A stretch of DNA of 64,000 nucleotides from an uncultured Chloroflexia bacterium (GTDB lineage: Bacteria; Chloroflexota; Anaerolineae; JAAYZQ01): NCBI GenBank assembly GCA_963700285.1, contig CAVOXA010000010.1, forward strand, positions 32,001 through 96,000, given 5' to 3'. Within the stretch, counting starts at the first letter, position 1, and each line of letters opens with the position of its first letter. The translations under genes were made by a program, and so were the position numbers. Below the pieces are notes generated by a model. It was given only the letters and a program-made list of their open reading frames with translations. It ran no database searches and was not told where the DNA came from. Below are positions 35,962-46,598 of this stretch, piece by piece.

Positions 35962-36942
35962 ATGGACCAACCCCAACTGGCTTCCGAACCCTTGAGGGAC
36001 GACCCATCTCTCAAGGTGGTTGTCTACACCGATGGTGGCTGTGACCCCAACCCCGGCCCGGGTGGTTGGGGGGCGATCATCCACTGGCACGATCGCGAAT
36101 GGGTGCTCAGCGGCAACGATCCTGCTACCACAAACAATCGCATGGAGATCCAGGCGGCAGCCGCGGCCCTGGCGCTGCTCCAGGGGATGCTGGGTCACTG
36201 CCAGGTGCAGATCTACACCGATTCGCAGTACTTGCGCCAGGGCATCACGGAATGGATCGATGGCTGGGTAGGCCGCGGCTGGCGTACCAACAACAGCGAA
36301 CCAGTCAAGAACCAAGACCTGTGGCGCCTGCTGCACCACCTGACCCAAGCGCACGATGTGTCCTGGCACTGGCTCAAGGGGCATGCCGGCCATCCCCTCA
36401 ACGAACGGGCTGACCGGCTGGCCAGCGAGGCACTGAAGGCGCTCCAGCGAGGTCCTGGCGCACAAAGCGTCCATCAGCCTGGCACCGAGAACCGAGCCAG
36501 TGTCGAGATCTATGTTAAAGCATCCTGTCGCGGCGCACAGGGCCCTGGTGGCTGGGGTGCTGTACTGCGCACCGGCGAGCACGCCAGGACCCTCACCGGC
36601 CAGGAACCCTCCACGACGGCCAACGCAATGCTAATCCGCGGCGCGACTGGGGCACTATTGGCGTTGAACCGCCCCTGCCGGGTGGCCCTCTATTCCGACG
36701 CCAAGTACCTGATTCAAGGGGCATCGCAGTGGGTCAAAGGCTGGCAGGCGCACGGTTGGCGGACCCGTGATGGCAAGCCGGTGGCCAACCAGGGCGAGTG
36801 GCAGGCGTTATTGGAGGCGGCCCGTCCCCACAACGTCACCTGGCTGCTGGCCCAGGGGGACGCCATCCCTAACGACCTGGAGCGGGCCGGCGAACTGGCT
36901 AGCCAGGCAGCGACATTGCAGAAAGCAGACGGGGAGATGTAA
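35962..36942 (+). CDS. rnhA: Ribonuclease HI with a second degenerate RNase H domain
   Basis: YTDGGC..NPGPGGWG, TTNNRME, TDSQY, KNQDLW, KGHAGHPLNERADRLA; the fold repeats from about 36499. Confidence 0.92.
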   Translation: MDQPQLASEPLRDDPSLKVVVYTDGGCDPNPGPGGWGAIIHWHDREWVLSGNDPATTNNRMEIQAAAAALALLQGMLGHCQVQIYTDSQYLRQGITEWIDGWVGRGWRTNNSEPVKNQDLWRLLHHLTQAHDVSWHWLKGHAGHPLNERADRLASEALKALQRGPGAQSVHQPGTENRASVEIYVKASCRGAQGPGGWGAVLRTGEHARTLTGQEPSTTANAMLIRGATGALLALNRPCRVALYSDAKYLIQGASQWVKGWQAHGWRTRDGKPVANQGEWQALLEAARPHNVTWLLAQGDAIPNDLERAGELASQAATLQKADGEM

Positions 36943-37053
36943 CCAATCGTCCATTGTTACCGGCTAAAGCCGGCGGCTGTAGCCGGTAGCATCGAGCAGT
37001 TTGGCACCACATCCGCTCAGCCCGCCCTGCGGATCGAGTTTGGCGACTGCCAG

Positions 37054-38397
37054 CTATGCATCTGTAAGAGCCAAACGCTCTGGCAACAACAGGGTTGCAT
37101 CCGGCAGTTCATCTTCGATATCGCGCACATGCGAGTTCGCGCGAGCGGCCAGTGTGACCGCCACTTTGGCCAGCCCCATGATGACAAAGATCAAGCCGAT
37201 GCCGCGTCCGGGTCCGGAGCTCAGGATCTGCCCCACATTATTGGCCAAAGGCCCGTTGGCTGTCAGCAAAGGATTGAATACCCTATCAGCCAGGGGCCCC
37301 GCCAGGAGATAGGCCAACGGCGCCGCGGCTCTGGCGACCATCTGTTGGGCCGCAAAGACTCGCCCCTGGACATCGGGCTCGACCTTGGTCTGCCAGATGG
37401 ACTGGTTCGAGCCGTACACGATGGCGATGGATAGGTGGGCGCCAAAGACGCCAAGGGAGACCGGCCAGAAGGATGGTCTGAGACCAATGAGAACGAAACA
37501 TAGACCACTCAAAAGTTCACCATAGAGCACGCCCCGGATGCGACGTTGGGGCCCTCCCCAGACACTCATCACCAGACTGCCTGCGAGCATGCCGATCCCT
37601 GCGATGGAGATGATGTAACCCAGGACATCGCTCGACGTCCAACTGAGGATCATGGGCGCAATCAGGGCCGCGACCATACCCCAAAGGAAATTGACGACCG
37701 CAAGGAATGCCAGTAGGCCCATCAGGCCGGGTCGAGTGCTGATATACTCCCAGCCAAAAGTAAGGTTGTGCCATAGCGATTCCTGCTTTGGCGTGTTGTC
37801 CGGGGCAGCCTCGGGTCTGGGGAGTCGGACGAGCAGCAAGGTGGCCACGGCAAAGACAAAGGTAGCTACATCGATCAGGATCACACCCTGCAACTGGATC
37901 GTACCAACAAGAACTCCCGCCAGTGCCGGGGCCAGAATCTCTGAAGCCGCCTGCCCGAACTGCGCCAGCCCATTGGCCCGGCCCAGATGTTCCTTGGGTA
38001 CCAGGAGGGACGTGACCGCCATGAAGGCAGGCCACTGAACGGTGCCAAAGGCCGCGCTAGTAGCTGTCAGCAAGTAGATGTGCCAGGTTTCTAGCCGTCC
38101 CGAAAAGATCAGAAGGACGATCATCAACGTGCTAAGGCCGGCACCGGCATCGCCAGCGATCATGACCCAGCGGCGATCCCACCGGTCAACGACCACGCCG
38201 GCCAGAGGTGACAGGGCCACCCGGGGCAGGACGGCGCACAACCCTATCAGGGCAAACTGTGTAGCTGAGCCCGTACGCTGGAACGTCCAGACGCCCAAGG
38301 CAAAACTGGTGAGCCCCGACCCAACCAATGAGACGGCTTGCCCAAGCCAGATAATGGTGAATGTAGTCATCCCACGTGACGAAACCTTCGCAGTCAC
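37054..38397 (-). CDS. MFS transporter (DHA3/MefA-like)
   Basis: IWLGQAVSLVGSG, GVVVDRWDRR, about 12 TM segments, QGRVF. Confidence 0.9.
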   Translation of the reverse strand: MTAKVSSRGMTTFTIIWLGQAVSLVGSGLTSFALGVWTFQRTGSATQFALIGLCAVLPRVALSPLAGVVVDRWDRRWVMIAGDAGAGLSTLMIVLLIFSGRLETWHIYLLTATSAAFGTVQWPAFMAVTSLLVPKEHLGRANGLAQFGQAASEILAPALAGVLVGTIQLQGVILIDVATFVFAVATLLLVRLPRPEAAPDNTPKQESLWHNLTFGWEYISTRPGLMGLLAFLAVVNFLWGMVAALIAPMILSWTSSDVLGYIISIAGIGMLAGSLVMSVWGGPQRRIRGVLYGELLSGLCFVLIGLRPSFWPVSLGVFGAHLSIAIVYGSNQSIWQTKVEPDVQGRVFAAQQMVARAAAPLAYLLAGPLADRVFNPLLTANGPLANNVGQILSSGPGRGIGLIFVIMGLAKVAVTLAARANSHVRDIEDELPDATLLLPERLALTDA

Positions 38398-38542
38398 AGA
38401 ACAGCCCTTCCTCAGCTTCAAAGTTCCCGAACTGTGGAACAGAAACACGAGATAGATCAAAGACCTTCCCACTAGCGGTAGTCAACTCTGACCGTGAATT
38501 TAGGTCTTTGTGGCAGGCCAGAGTAGGCAAACAGTCTCCGCC

Positions 38543-38830
38543 CTAGCCGTCCTGCTCGAACAGACGGTGGCTGGCGCTGGCATCATAGTCCATGTCGTAG
38601 ACCGCCTTCAGTGCCGCAATACGCTCCTGGGCCTCCGCATCAAATGCGGGTTTGCCCTCAAAGGCATGCAGGACAATTCCCTCCAACAGATCACCCAGCG
38701 ACAGATCGAAATACTCGGCCAATGCCTTGAGCACCTTCAACATCCTCTTCTCTATGCGAACCCCTGTTTGGACTCGCTCTACGCGCAGTCTGGGTTGCTC
38801 CGCAGCCGATGTATGTTTTGCTTCCGACAC
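38543..38830 (-). CDS. Small conserved hypothetical protein (possible ribbon-helix-helix regulator)
   Basis: RVQTGVRIEKRMLKVLKALAE..DLSLGDLLE strand-helix-helix pattern; upstream of the MFS gene. Confidence 0.6.
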   Translation of the reverse strand: MSEAKHTSAAEQPRLRVERVQTGVRIEKRMLKVLKALAEYFDLSLGDLLEGIVLHAFEGKPAFDAEAQERIAALKAVYDMDYDASASHRLFEQDG

Positions 38831-38996
38831 CTTCGTTCACCTCGCATTCCGCTTTCCCTGGATATGGCCTACTTGACAAAGTCGTTTCGTTATCTCGGTA
38901 CCTATGTATATAGATAACATACCTTCTGATCTTTGTCAAGTACGATGGCATTGCTGAAAAACTACAGACCGCGGTGCCCAGGATACCCAAAGCTCT

Positions 38997-39659
38997 TTGA
39001 TCATGCTCGCATTCGTCGCCTTTTTGATCTCCCTCGTGCTATCCATACCGTTGGGGATCACCGCTGCCCTCAAGCAGGGAACGACCCTGGATCGGGCCAT
39101 CATGGCCTTTGCCGTAGCCGGTGTGGCGGTGCCGGCTATTTGGCTTGGCTTGACGTTGATCCTGGTCTTTTCGGTGCAACTGAACTGGCTGCCACCAGCG
39201 GGCTATGTGCCCTTTTTCAAAGATCCGGTAGAGAGCCGGAGACGGGTACTGATGCCAGCCGTGACACTCTCCTTCTACCTGACGGCCACTTTCACCCGTT
39301 TTCTACGGGCGGACATGATAGAGGTCCTCAACGAGGACTATATCCGAACCGCCCGGGCCAAGGGGCTGCGCGAACGGCTTGTACTCTCCCGCCATGCCCT
39401 GCGGAATGCATTCATCCCACTGCTGACGGTGATGGGCATCGAGGTTGGCGCTCTGCTGGGGGGAGTGGTCCTGGTGGAACAGATCTTTGGCTGGTCCGGG
39501 ATAGGCTGGCTGACCCTACAGGGCGTCTATAATCGCGACTATAACCTGGTCCAGGCGGCCATCGTGCTCATCGCCGTTGCCTATACCATGATTAACTTTT
39601 CTGTCGACATTGGCTATGCTTTTCTAAATCCTCGTATCCGCGAACAGTACAGAGCCTGA
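38997..39659 (+). pseudogene. Peptide ABC permease DppB, 5'-truncated
   Basis: DYIRTARAKGL, HALRNA and E..F...GIG present; the N-terminal part (about 100 aa) is missing. Confidence 0.7.
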
Positions 39660-39673
39660 CGAGTGCGACTCCC

Positions 39674-40081
39674 ATGAAGTGGCTGAGCTTTCTGCGGCGG
39701 GACTGGTCTTTTACCATCGTACTTGCAGTCCTGCTCTTTTTTGTACTGACAATCTTCATTCCAGAGATTCTGGCGCCCTATTCCCCTTACGAACAGCATC
39801 CCAAGGATGCGCTCCAACCTCCCTCCGGACGCTACTGGCTTGGCACGGACCAGTCTGGACGGGACATTCTCATCGAATCGGGCCTCAGCTACCTGGGACT
39901 GGGCATCCAACCCCCAACAGCGTCCTGGGGCAACATGCTCCAGCACGCTCATGCCTATCTCTACCAAGCGCCATGGTTTGTGATTGCCACGGGTACGATC
40001 ATTTTTGCCGCGGTACTTGTCTTCAACCTGGCCGGGGATCGGCTCCGCGAGATCGTTGATCCACGCTTGCGCAGGCTGTAG
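39674..40081 (+). pseudogene. Peptide ABC permease DppC with large in-frame internal deletion
   Basis: GTDQSGRDIL is joined directly to IESGLSYLGLG..SWGNML; the EAA loop and central TM segments are absent. Confidence 0.75.
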
Positions 40082-40280
40082 GAGTGCCCTGTCGCAGGTA
40101 GCCTGGTTGCCACCTGAGCGTGACCCGCAGCATTTCCCCCGATCCGCCCCGAGGTTTGGCGGAGACGCTCATCGTTGAGTGGTCTTGCATATCCAGGCCG
40201 GATGTGCTACACTTTGCCTCGGTAATACACAGGGCACCAAACCACAGAACAGACAGGTACTGGCCAAGGTATCCACATAT

Positions 40281-41006
40281 ATGTTCATTCTCACCTTCAT
40301 TACTGTTCTTATGGCCAGCCTCGTCGCGGGTCTCACCGGTTTCGGGTTTGCGATCGTTGCCGTACCTATCTTGATGATCCTGATGCCGCCCAAGGTCGTG
40401 GTGCCCCTTGTCCAATTGCTTTCAGCGGTACTTCAGATTTCAGTACTGATAGAAGCCAGGATGTGGATCAACCTGAAACGGATGTGGCCGTTGCTCCTGG
40501 CGGGCATCATGGGCGTTCCCCTGGGCACCTATCTGCTCTTGATCCTGGCCCCTCAGACACTGCGTACTCTGGTGGGCGCGGTGGTGGTGGTATCTGCTCT
40601 GGCCATGCTGGCCGGCTGGCGGTGGTCGGTGCGCAACGAGAAGCTGGCCTCGGTACCGGTGGGGCTGGCAGGCGGCGCCTTGGGTGGCAGTACCGGGATT
40701 CCGGGACCACCGGTGATCCTGTTCTTCTCGAACCAAGAGATGCCCAAGCAGTCTTTCCGGGCCAATCTCGTCCTGTACTTCACCTGTGTCGGGCTGGTGG
40801 GGGTGCTGTCCCTGCTCATCGGAGGGCTGATTACCGAGGAGGTCTTGGTGCACTGGGTGGGGTTACTGCCAGCTGTAGCGCTCGGAACGTTGGCAGGTGT
40901 GTGGTTGGCGCGGCGCGTCAACCAGGTCCGATTCCAGCAGATCACCCTGGGCGTACTCATCCTGACTGGGGTTGCAGCCATTGCCTCCGGTTTGAGCCTG
41001 TTCTGA
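40281..41006 (+). CDS. Sulfite exporter TauE/SafE family protein
   Basis: GLTGFGFA, G.PLG, GGSTGIPGPP, FRANL. Confidence 0.9.
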   Translation: MFILTFITVLMASLVAGLTGFGFAIVAVPILMILMPPKVVVPLVQLLSAVLQISVLIEARMWINLKRMWPLLLAGIMGVPLGTYLLLILAPQTLRTLVGAVVVVSALAMLAGWRWSVRNEKLASVPVGLAGGALGGSTGIPGPPVILFFSNQEMPKQSFRANLVLYFTCVGLVGVLSLLIGGLITEEVLVHWVGLLPAVALGTLAGVWLARRVNQVRFQQITLGVLILTGVAAIASGLSLF

Positions 41007-41259
41007 CATGGCCTTGACCAGTCAAGTTCCTTCCAATGGCACATTACTCTGTAGAGACAACCTTGTCCGAGGAAGAACCAACATAATGGCCAATACACAT
41101 CAACGACCGGCCATCGACATGCACACACATATACATCCGGACATGGCAGCCATGCTGGCGGAAATCATATAGAGACACCAGATGGAAGTCGAACAAAGAG
41201 ATCTCGCCGGGGTATCCATTTGTGACAGGCCCAGCGGGATTGTCCACGAGAGAGGTACC

Positions 41260-42186
41260 ATGCTCAAACCTACACTCGTCGTCCTGGCAGCCGGTATCGG
41301 TAGCCGCTATGGTGGCTTGAAGCAGATCGATCCCATCGGCCCCAGCGGCGAGATCATCCTCGACTACTCGATCTACGACGCCTTGAGGGCAGGGTTTGGC
41401 CGGGTTGTCTTTGTCATATCGGCCGCCATAGAGAAGGCGTTCCGGGACCGGGTGGGCCGGACCATCGAAGAACAATGTGAAACCACCTATGTAATCCAGA
41501 GACTGGAGGATCTGCCGCATGGGTTCCAGGTTCCGCCTGGAAGACAGAAACCGTGGGGCACCGCGCACGCGACGTGGACGTGCCGCGACGCAGTCAAGAC
41601 CCCCTTTGCCGTGATCAATGCCGACGATTTCTACGGTCGCTCCGCCTATCGGGCCCTGAGCTACCATCTTGGGAAGGCACAAGATCCGGCTGCAATGCCC
41701 GATTACTGCATGGTCGGCTATCTGTTGGAGAACACATTGACAGAGTACGGCCACGTCGCACGTGGCGTATGCACCGTGGACGAGGCTGGCTATCTCGTCG
41801 AGGTCCACGAGCGGACCCGGATAGAGAGGTTTGGCGAGACGGCCAGATATGCGGACGGCAGCGGAGATTGGATCGAGATACCCCTGAACAGCGATGTCTC
41901 CATGAACTGCTGGGGGTTCACCCCCAGCCTCTTTTCTGAGCTGGAGGCCCATTTCCCGCCGTTTGTCCGCGAGAACTCGCAGGACATCCAGAAGGCCGAG
42001 TTCTTTCTTCCCCAAGTTGTCGGACAGCTTGTCCAAGAAGGCAAGGCCAGGGTCAGGGTTCTGCCGTCCGGCGACAAGTGGTTCGGGGTCACCTACCAGC
42101 AGGACATGGCCTGGGTAAGACACGAGGTACGGGCGTTGATCCACCGTGGCGTCTATCCAGAAGTGCTGTGGGAACAAGGCGATTGA
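41260..42186 (+). CDS. Sugar-phosphate nucleotidyltransferase family protein
   Basis: LAAGIGSRYGGLKQ, KPWGTAHA, INADDFYG. Confidence 0.9.
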   Translation: MLKPTLVVLAAGIGSRYGGLKQIDPIGPSGEIILDYSIYDALRAGFGRVVFVISAAIEKAFRDRVGRTIEEQCETTYVIQRLEDLPHGFQVPPGRQKPWGTAHATWTCRDAVKTPFAVINADDFYGRSAYRALSYHLGKAQDPAAMPDYCMVGYLLENTLTEYGHVARGVCTVDEAGYLVEVHERTRIERFGETARYADGSGDWIEIPLNSDVSMNCWGFTPSLFSELEAHFPPFVRENSQDIQKAEFFLPQVVGQLVQEGKARVRVLPSGDKWFGVTYQQDMAWVRHEVRALIHRGVYPEVLWEQGD

Positions 42187-42257
42187 ACCCTGGCAGTTTA
42201 TGAACCCCTGGCACGTTTTGGTTGGGTGTGCCACCAGATTGAAGTGAGGAGTGACAG

Positions 42258-42767
42258 ATGGATATTGAACGTCTGACATCACAGATGGCCGGCAGTGCAG
42301 CCAGGATCAGCGCGATGGTGCAGAATGTCTCGGACCAACAGGCCCGCTGGCGGCCAGATCCAGACAGCTGGTCGATCCTTGAAGTGATCAATCATTTGTG
42401 GGATGAAGAGCGGGAGGATTTCCGCGTCCGCATCGACTACACACTCCATCGTCCGGGTGAGCCCTGGCCAGGGATTGATCCCGGAGGCTGGGTAACAGAA
42501 CGCAGGTACAACGAACGGGGCCTGGGAGCATCGCTGGATGGATTCCTCTCTGCCCGAGAAGCATCCCTGGCCTGGCTCCGCCAGCTTGCCGGACCCAATT
42601 GGGAACTGACCTACCAAGCTCCCTGGGGGCCAATTAGGGCTGGCGACGTTTTTGCGTCCTGGGTGGCCCACGATCTCCTGCACACCCGCCAGATCATCGA
42701 GCTGCACTGGCTCTACACGACGGACCACTTGAAACCATATCGCACAGAATATGCTGGCGAATGGTAG
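42258..42767 (+). CDS. DinB family protein
   Basis: WSILEVINHL.DEE and HDLLH metal motifs. Confidence 0.88.
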   Translation: MDIERLTSQMAGSAARISAMVQNVSDQQARWRPDPDSWSILEVINHLWDEEREDFRVRIDYTLHRPGEPWPGIDPGGWVTERRYNERGLGASLDGFLSAREASLAWLRQLAGPNWELTYQAPWGPIRAGDVFASWVAHDLLHTRQIIELHWLYTTDHLKPYRTEYAGEW

Positions 42768-42960
42768 ACCAGAGTTTGTAGCCTCAACCGCTCGCTGGCC
42801 CGTACCAAACTCTGTTCCAGCCGTTGTACGACGCCGCAACTTGTGAGTATACAGAGCTGCCAGTACCTTGCGTCTATCGTCAGAAAATCTGACGATAGAC
42901 GCTTGTGATATCTGGAACCGTCTTTCTCGATCCCCTCAGGCTCATGGCCTTCAATCCCAC

Positions 42961-42989
42961 TTGACTTTATCGAATTTACATGATATGAT
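42961..42989 (+). promoter_or_regulatory. Sigma70 promoter
   Basis: TTGACT-17-TATGAT with extended TG. Confidence 0.6.
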
Positions 42990-43083
42990 TAAGTTAAAAC
43001 AGAATGTGCTAGCAGGGCAGAACATCATAGACGATGCACTCCAAGAAACGACCCGGCTAGTGCCACGTCAAAGGAGAGACACC

Positions 43084-43380
43084 ATGAGTACGGACAAGCA
43101 ATGTAGCCATGCGGACCAGATAAGACTCGTCGCCATACAGGACAATGTACAGGGCTGTGAGGACTGTCTCAAGATCGGCGGCACATGGGTTCACCTGCGC
43201 ATGTGCCTGACCTGCGGGCACATAGGCTGCTGTAACTCGTCGCCAAATCGCCATGCCCGCAAGCACTGGAAAACGACAGGACACCCCATCATCCAGTCCC
43301 TGGAACCAGGTGAGGACTGGGTCTGGTGCCAGGTCGATGAGACATACCTGAGGGAGCTTCCGCCACTGGCAACCCCATGA
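43084..43380 (+). CDS. UBP-type zinc finger protein
   Basis: CSH, CEDC, LRMCLTCGHIGCC, HA..H, HP, W.WC. Confidence 0.9.
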   Translation: MSTDKQCSHADQIRLVAIQDNVQGCEDCLKIGGTWVHLRMCLTCGHIGCCNSSPNRHARKHWKTTGHPIIQSLEPGEDWVWCQVDETYLRELPPLATP

Positions 43381-43859
43381 CATGAGATGGCGTGAGCTAC
43401 GGATTCACTTTCAGTCGGGATAGTGGGGCCGACATGGTCCTCCAAAGCGGATCAGCATCGGGCTGTGCCAGCCATGGCTTGTGGTTGTGATGGGCTTTTT
43501 CTGGCGCTTTTTCCACAACTTCCACTGCCTGATACGACTGGCTCGCCGCCATTGACAGCCGTGCCCACCTGCATTATACTGTATCGGCGCACCCATGGAC
43601 GACACCGAGCAGAAGCAGAAACTCAAGCAAACCTTCGCCTGCCGGCGGTGCAATTTCCAGGGAGATACCCAAAGCTGTAATGTGCTGCGTAAGACTCGTA
43701 TGGTATCGTGGTACCAGGCTGGTTGCATGCCGTCCATGAGAAGGGAGCGGACCAGATGCTGATGCCCACTTCCTACTCAAATTCAGTCTCTGTCGGGACG
43801 CGACCGCGTCGCTGCCAGCATGAACCTTGACTCTAGACGTTTTGCATTGAGGTGAACCT

Positions 43860-46370
43860 ATGAGTGACAACGGGGAACAGAAAGAAACAGTGCGGGTCCA
43901 GCGCCGGCGGCGTACCACGTCTTCGGGAACCGAAGGCCGGAAAAGAGCGGAGGCGCCCAGCCGGAGACGATCGAGCGACGAGGGCAAGAACGCGCCTCCG
44001 CCCCAAAGACCCACTGGAACGAGCAGCAGCCAGAGGCCCACAGGGCCGCGGCCCTCAGGCGGACTGTCCCTCGGCCGCGGGCGCATGTCGCCGGTGATGT
44101 TGATCGGCCTGGCGGTCATTCTGTGCATCTGCCTGGCGGGCTACGTCTTGCTCTCAGGGGGAGGGGACTCGGAGCAGGCAGCCTACAATCCGCCAGCCAC
44201 AGAATCTTCTTCATCGGCTTCAACGCTCCCGGAGAGACCCACATCGACCCCGATGCCCACCGTACCCCAATCACCTACGACACCTCCTGAGCCCTTCAAC
44301 CCTCCGTCAACTACCACGGAAGGGCAGTCCTGGCTGGTAATGTTCTACCAGGATGCTGACGACAAGATCCTGGAGGAGGACATCTATGTAGACCTGAACG
44401 AGGCCGAGCGAGTTGGCTCCAGCGACCGCGTGCACCTCGTGACCCAGCTCGATCGCTATCGGGCCGGATACCGCGGCGACGGTGATTGGTCCTCTACCAA
44501 ACGTTTCTACATCACGCAGGACAATGACCTACAGCGAGTAAACTCCCAGCAAGTGGCGGATCTGGGCGAAGCAAATATGTCCGACGGTCAGACACTGGTT
44601 GACTTTGTCACCTGGGCCGTCGATACCTTTCCCGCTGACAAACACGTCCTGATTCTGTCCGACCACGGCATGGGCTGGCCGGGCGGTTGGAGCGATCCTG
44701 CCCCGGGCGGCACGGCAGACCGCAGCATCCCCCTTTCGTCCGCGGTCGGCGATGAGCTATTCTTGATGGAGTTGGATGAGGCCCTGGGAGAGATCCGGGA
44801 CCAGACCGGCATCGAGCAGTTCGAGATGATCGGCCTGGACGCTTGTTTGATGGGCCAACTGGAAGTCTTTGACGCGCTGGCGCCCCACGCCCGCTATGCT
44901 GTAGCCTCGGAGGAGACAGAGCCCGCCCTGGGTTGGGCCTACACGGGATTCCTGGAGGAACTCGGGCGAAATCCCGACATGGACGGCGCAGAACTGAGCC
45001 GGCTGATCGTCGAAAGCTACATCCAGGACGACCAGCGCATCGTGGACGATCAGGCCCGGGCTGACCTGCTCAAGCAGGGCTCGCCCTTGGGCGGGCTTTT
45101 TGGCGCTCCGACAGCCGCGCAGGTAGCACGGCAAATGGAGCAGAGCAGTACGCTGACAGCCGTCGACCTGGCAGCCATACCGCAGTTGATGGACAGCGTG
45201 AACAGTCTATCCTTCAGCCTGCAGCAGGCGAATCAGCAGGCTGTGGCCCGTGCCCGCACGTACGCCCAGTCCTTCACCAGCGTATTCGGCCGGGAGATCC
45301 CACCCTCCTACATAGACCTGGGCAGTTTTGCCCAGTTGCTCAAGAGGGAAAGCGGCGACAGCGGTATAGCGCAAGCGGCCGACCAGGTCTTGGCCTCATT
45401 AGAGAATACAGTCCTTGCTGAGAAGCATGGCCCCAAGAAGGCCGGCGCCACTGGTGTCTCTATCTACTTTCCCAATTCCCAGCTATATCGCTCGCCCGTC
45501 ACAGGGCCCCAATCCTATACCGTCGTCGCGGACCGCTTTGCCAGCGAGTCGTTGTGGGACGATTTCCTGGCCTACCACTATACCGGCCGGACCTTTGAGC
45601 GGGCGACCGGCACCGTGGCTGTCCCTGATCGGGGCGCGACTGTCACCGCGCCGGGGGCTGGCCAAATCAAGGCCTCGCCCATCAGCCTCTCCGGTGATGT
45701 GGCTGCCCCTGGCCAGCCGGTTCTCCTGAGTACCGACATCAGCGGTGAAAACATTGGCTACGTCCGGCTCTTTGTTGGCTTTTACGACCAGGCCTCGAAC
45801 GCTATCTTTGTCGCTGATAGGGACTACCTGGAGAGCGCCGACACCCGCGAGATCGACGGTGTATACTACCCGGTCTGGCCCGATGACGGCGAATTCACCA
45901 TGGAGTTCGAATGGGAGCCCATCGTGTTTGCCATCAATGACGGCGTGGACTCTGTAGTAGCGCTGTTCACACCGCAGAGCTATGGCGCCTCCTTTAAGGA
46001 TGCCGTCTATACCGTGGACGGCACCTATACCTATGTCGACGGGGAATCCCGCTACGCCCGCCTCTACTTTAGCGATGGCCAGCTTCGCCAGGTCTTTGGC
46101 TTTACCGGCGAGGGCGGGACGGGCGCTCCCCGTGAGATTCTCCCACAGACCGGGGACACTTTCACCATCCTGGAAAAGTGGATGGATCTGGACCAAAACG
46201 GCAAGGTGACCAAGGTGGCCACGCAAGAAGGGGGCACCCTGACCTTTGGCGACCAAATGTTTACCTGGGAGGACCTGGACGCGGCACCGGGCGACTATAT
46301 CGTCGGTTTTGCGGTCGAAGACCTAGATGGCAATGCCGTTGAGGTGTATGAGAGGGTACAGGTCCAATAG
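43860..46370 (+). CDS. Membrane-anchored clostripain (C11) family peptidase
   Basis: SDHGMG (His) and DACLMG (Cys) catalytic motifs, ASEE; basic N-terminus plus TM. Confidence 0.88.
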   Translation: MSDNGEQKETVRVQRRRRTTSSGTEGRKRAEAPSRRRSSDEGKNAPPPQRPTGTSSSQRPTGPRPSGGLSLGRGRMSPVMLIGLAVILCICLAGYVLLSGGGDSEQAAYNPPATESSSSASTLPERPTSTPMPTVPQSPTTPPEPFNPPSTTTEGQSWLVMFYQDADDKILEEDIYVDLNEAERVGSSDRVHLVTQLDRYRAGYRGDGDWSSTKRFYITQDNDLQRVNSQQVADLGEANMSDGQTLVDFVTWAVDTFPADKHVLILSDHGMGWPGGWSDPAPGGTADRSIPLSSAVGDELFLMELDEALGEIRDQTGIEQFEMIGLDACLMGQLEVFDALAPHARYAVASEETEPALGWAYTGFLEELGRNPDMDGAELSRLIVESYIQDDQRIVDDQARADLLKQGSPLGGLFGAPTAAQVARQMEQSSTLTAVDLAAIPQLMDSVNSLSFSLQQANQQAVARARTYAQSFTSVFGREIPPSYIDLGSFAQLLKRESGDSGIAQAADQVLASLENTVLAEKHGPKKAGATGVSIYFPNSQLYRSPVTGPQSYTVVADRFASESLWDDFLAYHYTGRTFERATGTVAVPDRGATVTAPGAGQIKASPISLSGDVAAPGQPVLLSTDISGENIGYVRLFVGFYDQASNAIFVADRDYLESADTREIDGVYYPVWPDDGEFTMEFEWEPIVFAINDGVDSVVALFTPQSYGASFKDAVYTVDGTYTYVDGESRYARLYFSDGQLRQVFGFTGEGGTGAPREILPQTGDTFTILEKWMDLDQNGKVTKVATQEGGTLTFGDQMFTWEDLDAAPGDYIVGFAVEDLDGNAVEVYERVQVQ

Positions 46371-46412
46371 CCCCAAATTGCCCAAGCGAGAACGAGCAAA
46401 AAGGCAGGCTGA

Positions 46413-46598
46413 TCAGCCTGCCTTTTCGCATAGGGCCTCGATGCGGCCCATCATCCGAGTTCTGGAAAAGTCGGTTTCCACGCGCCTGCGACCCTGGCAG
46501 CCCATGGTCACCGCCAGAGGAAGATCGTCCAGCAGCCTGGATACGGCCCCGGCCCAGGCGGCTGGTTCGCCGGGGGGTACGAGAAAGCCTGACTGGAC
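46413..46598 (-). pseudogene. Glycosyltransferase family 4 C-terminal fragment
   Basis: SGFLVPPGEPAAWAGAVSRLLDD...MG.QGRRRVETDFS, typical of a GT4 C-terminus; no N-terminus. Confidence 0.6.
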
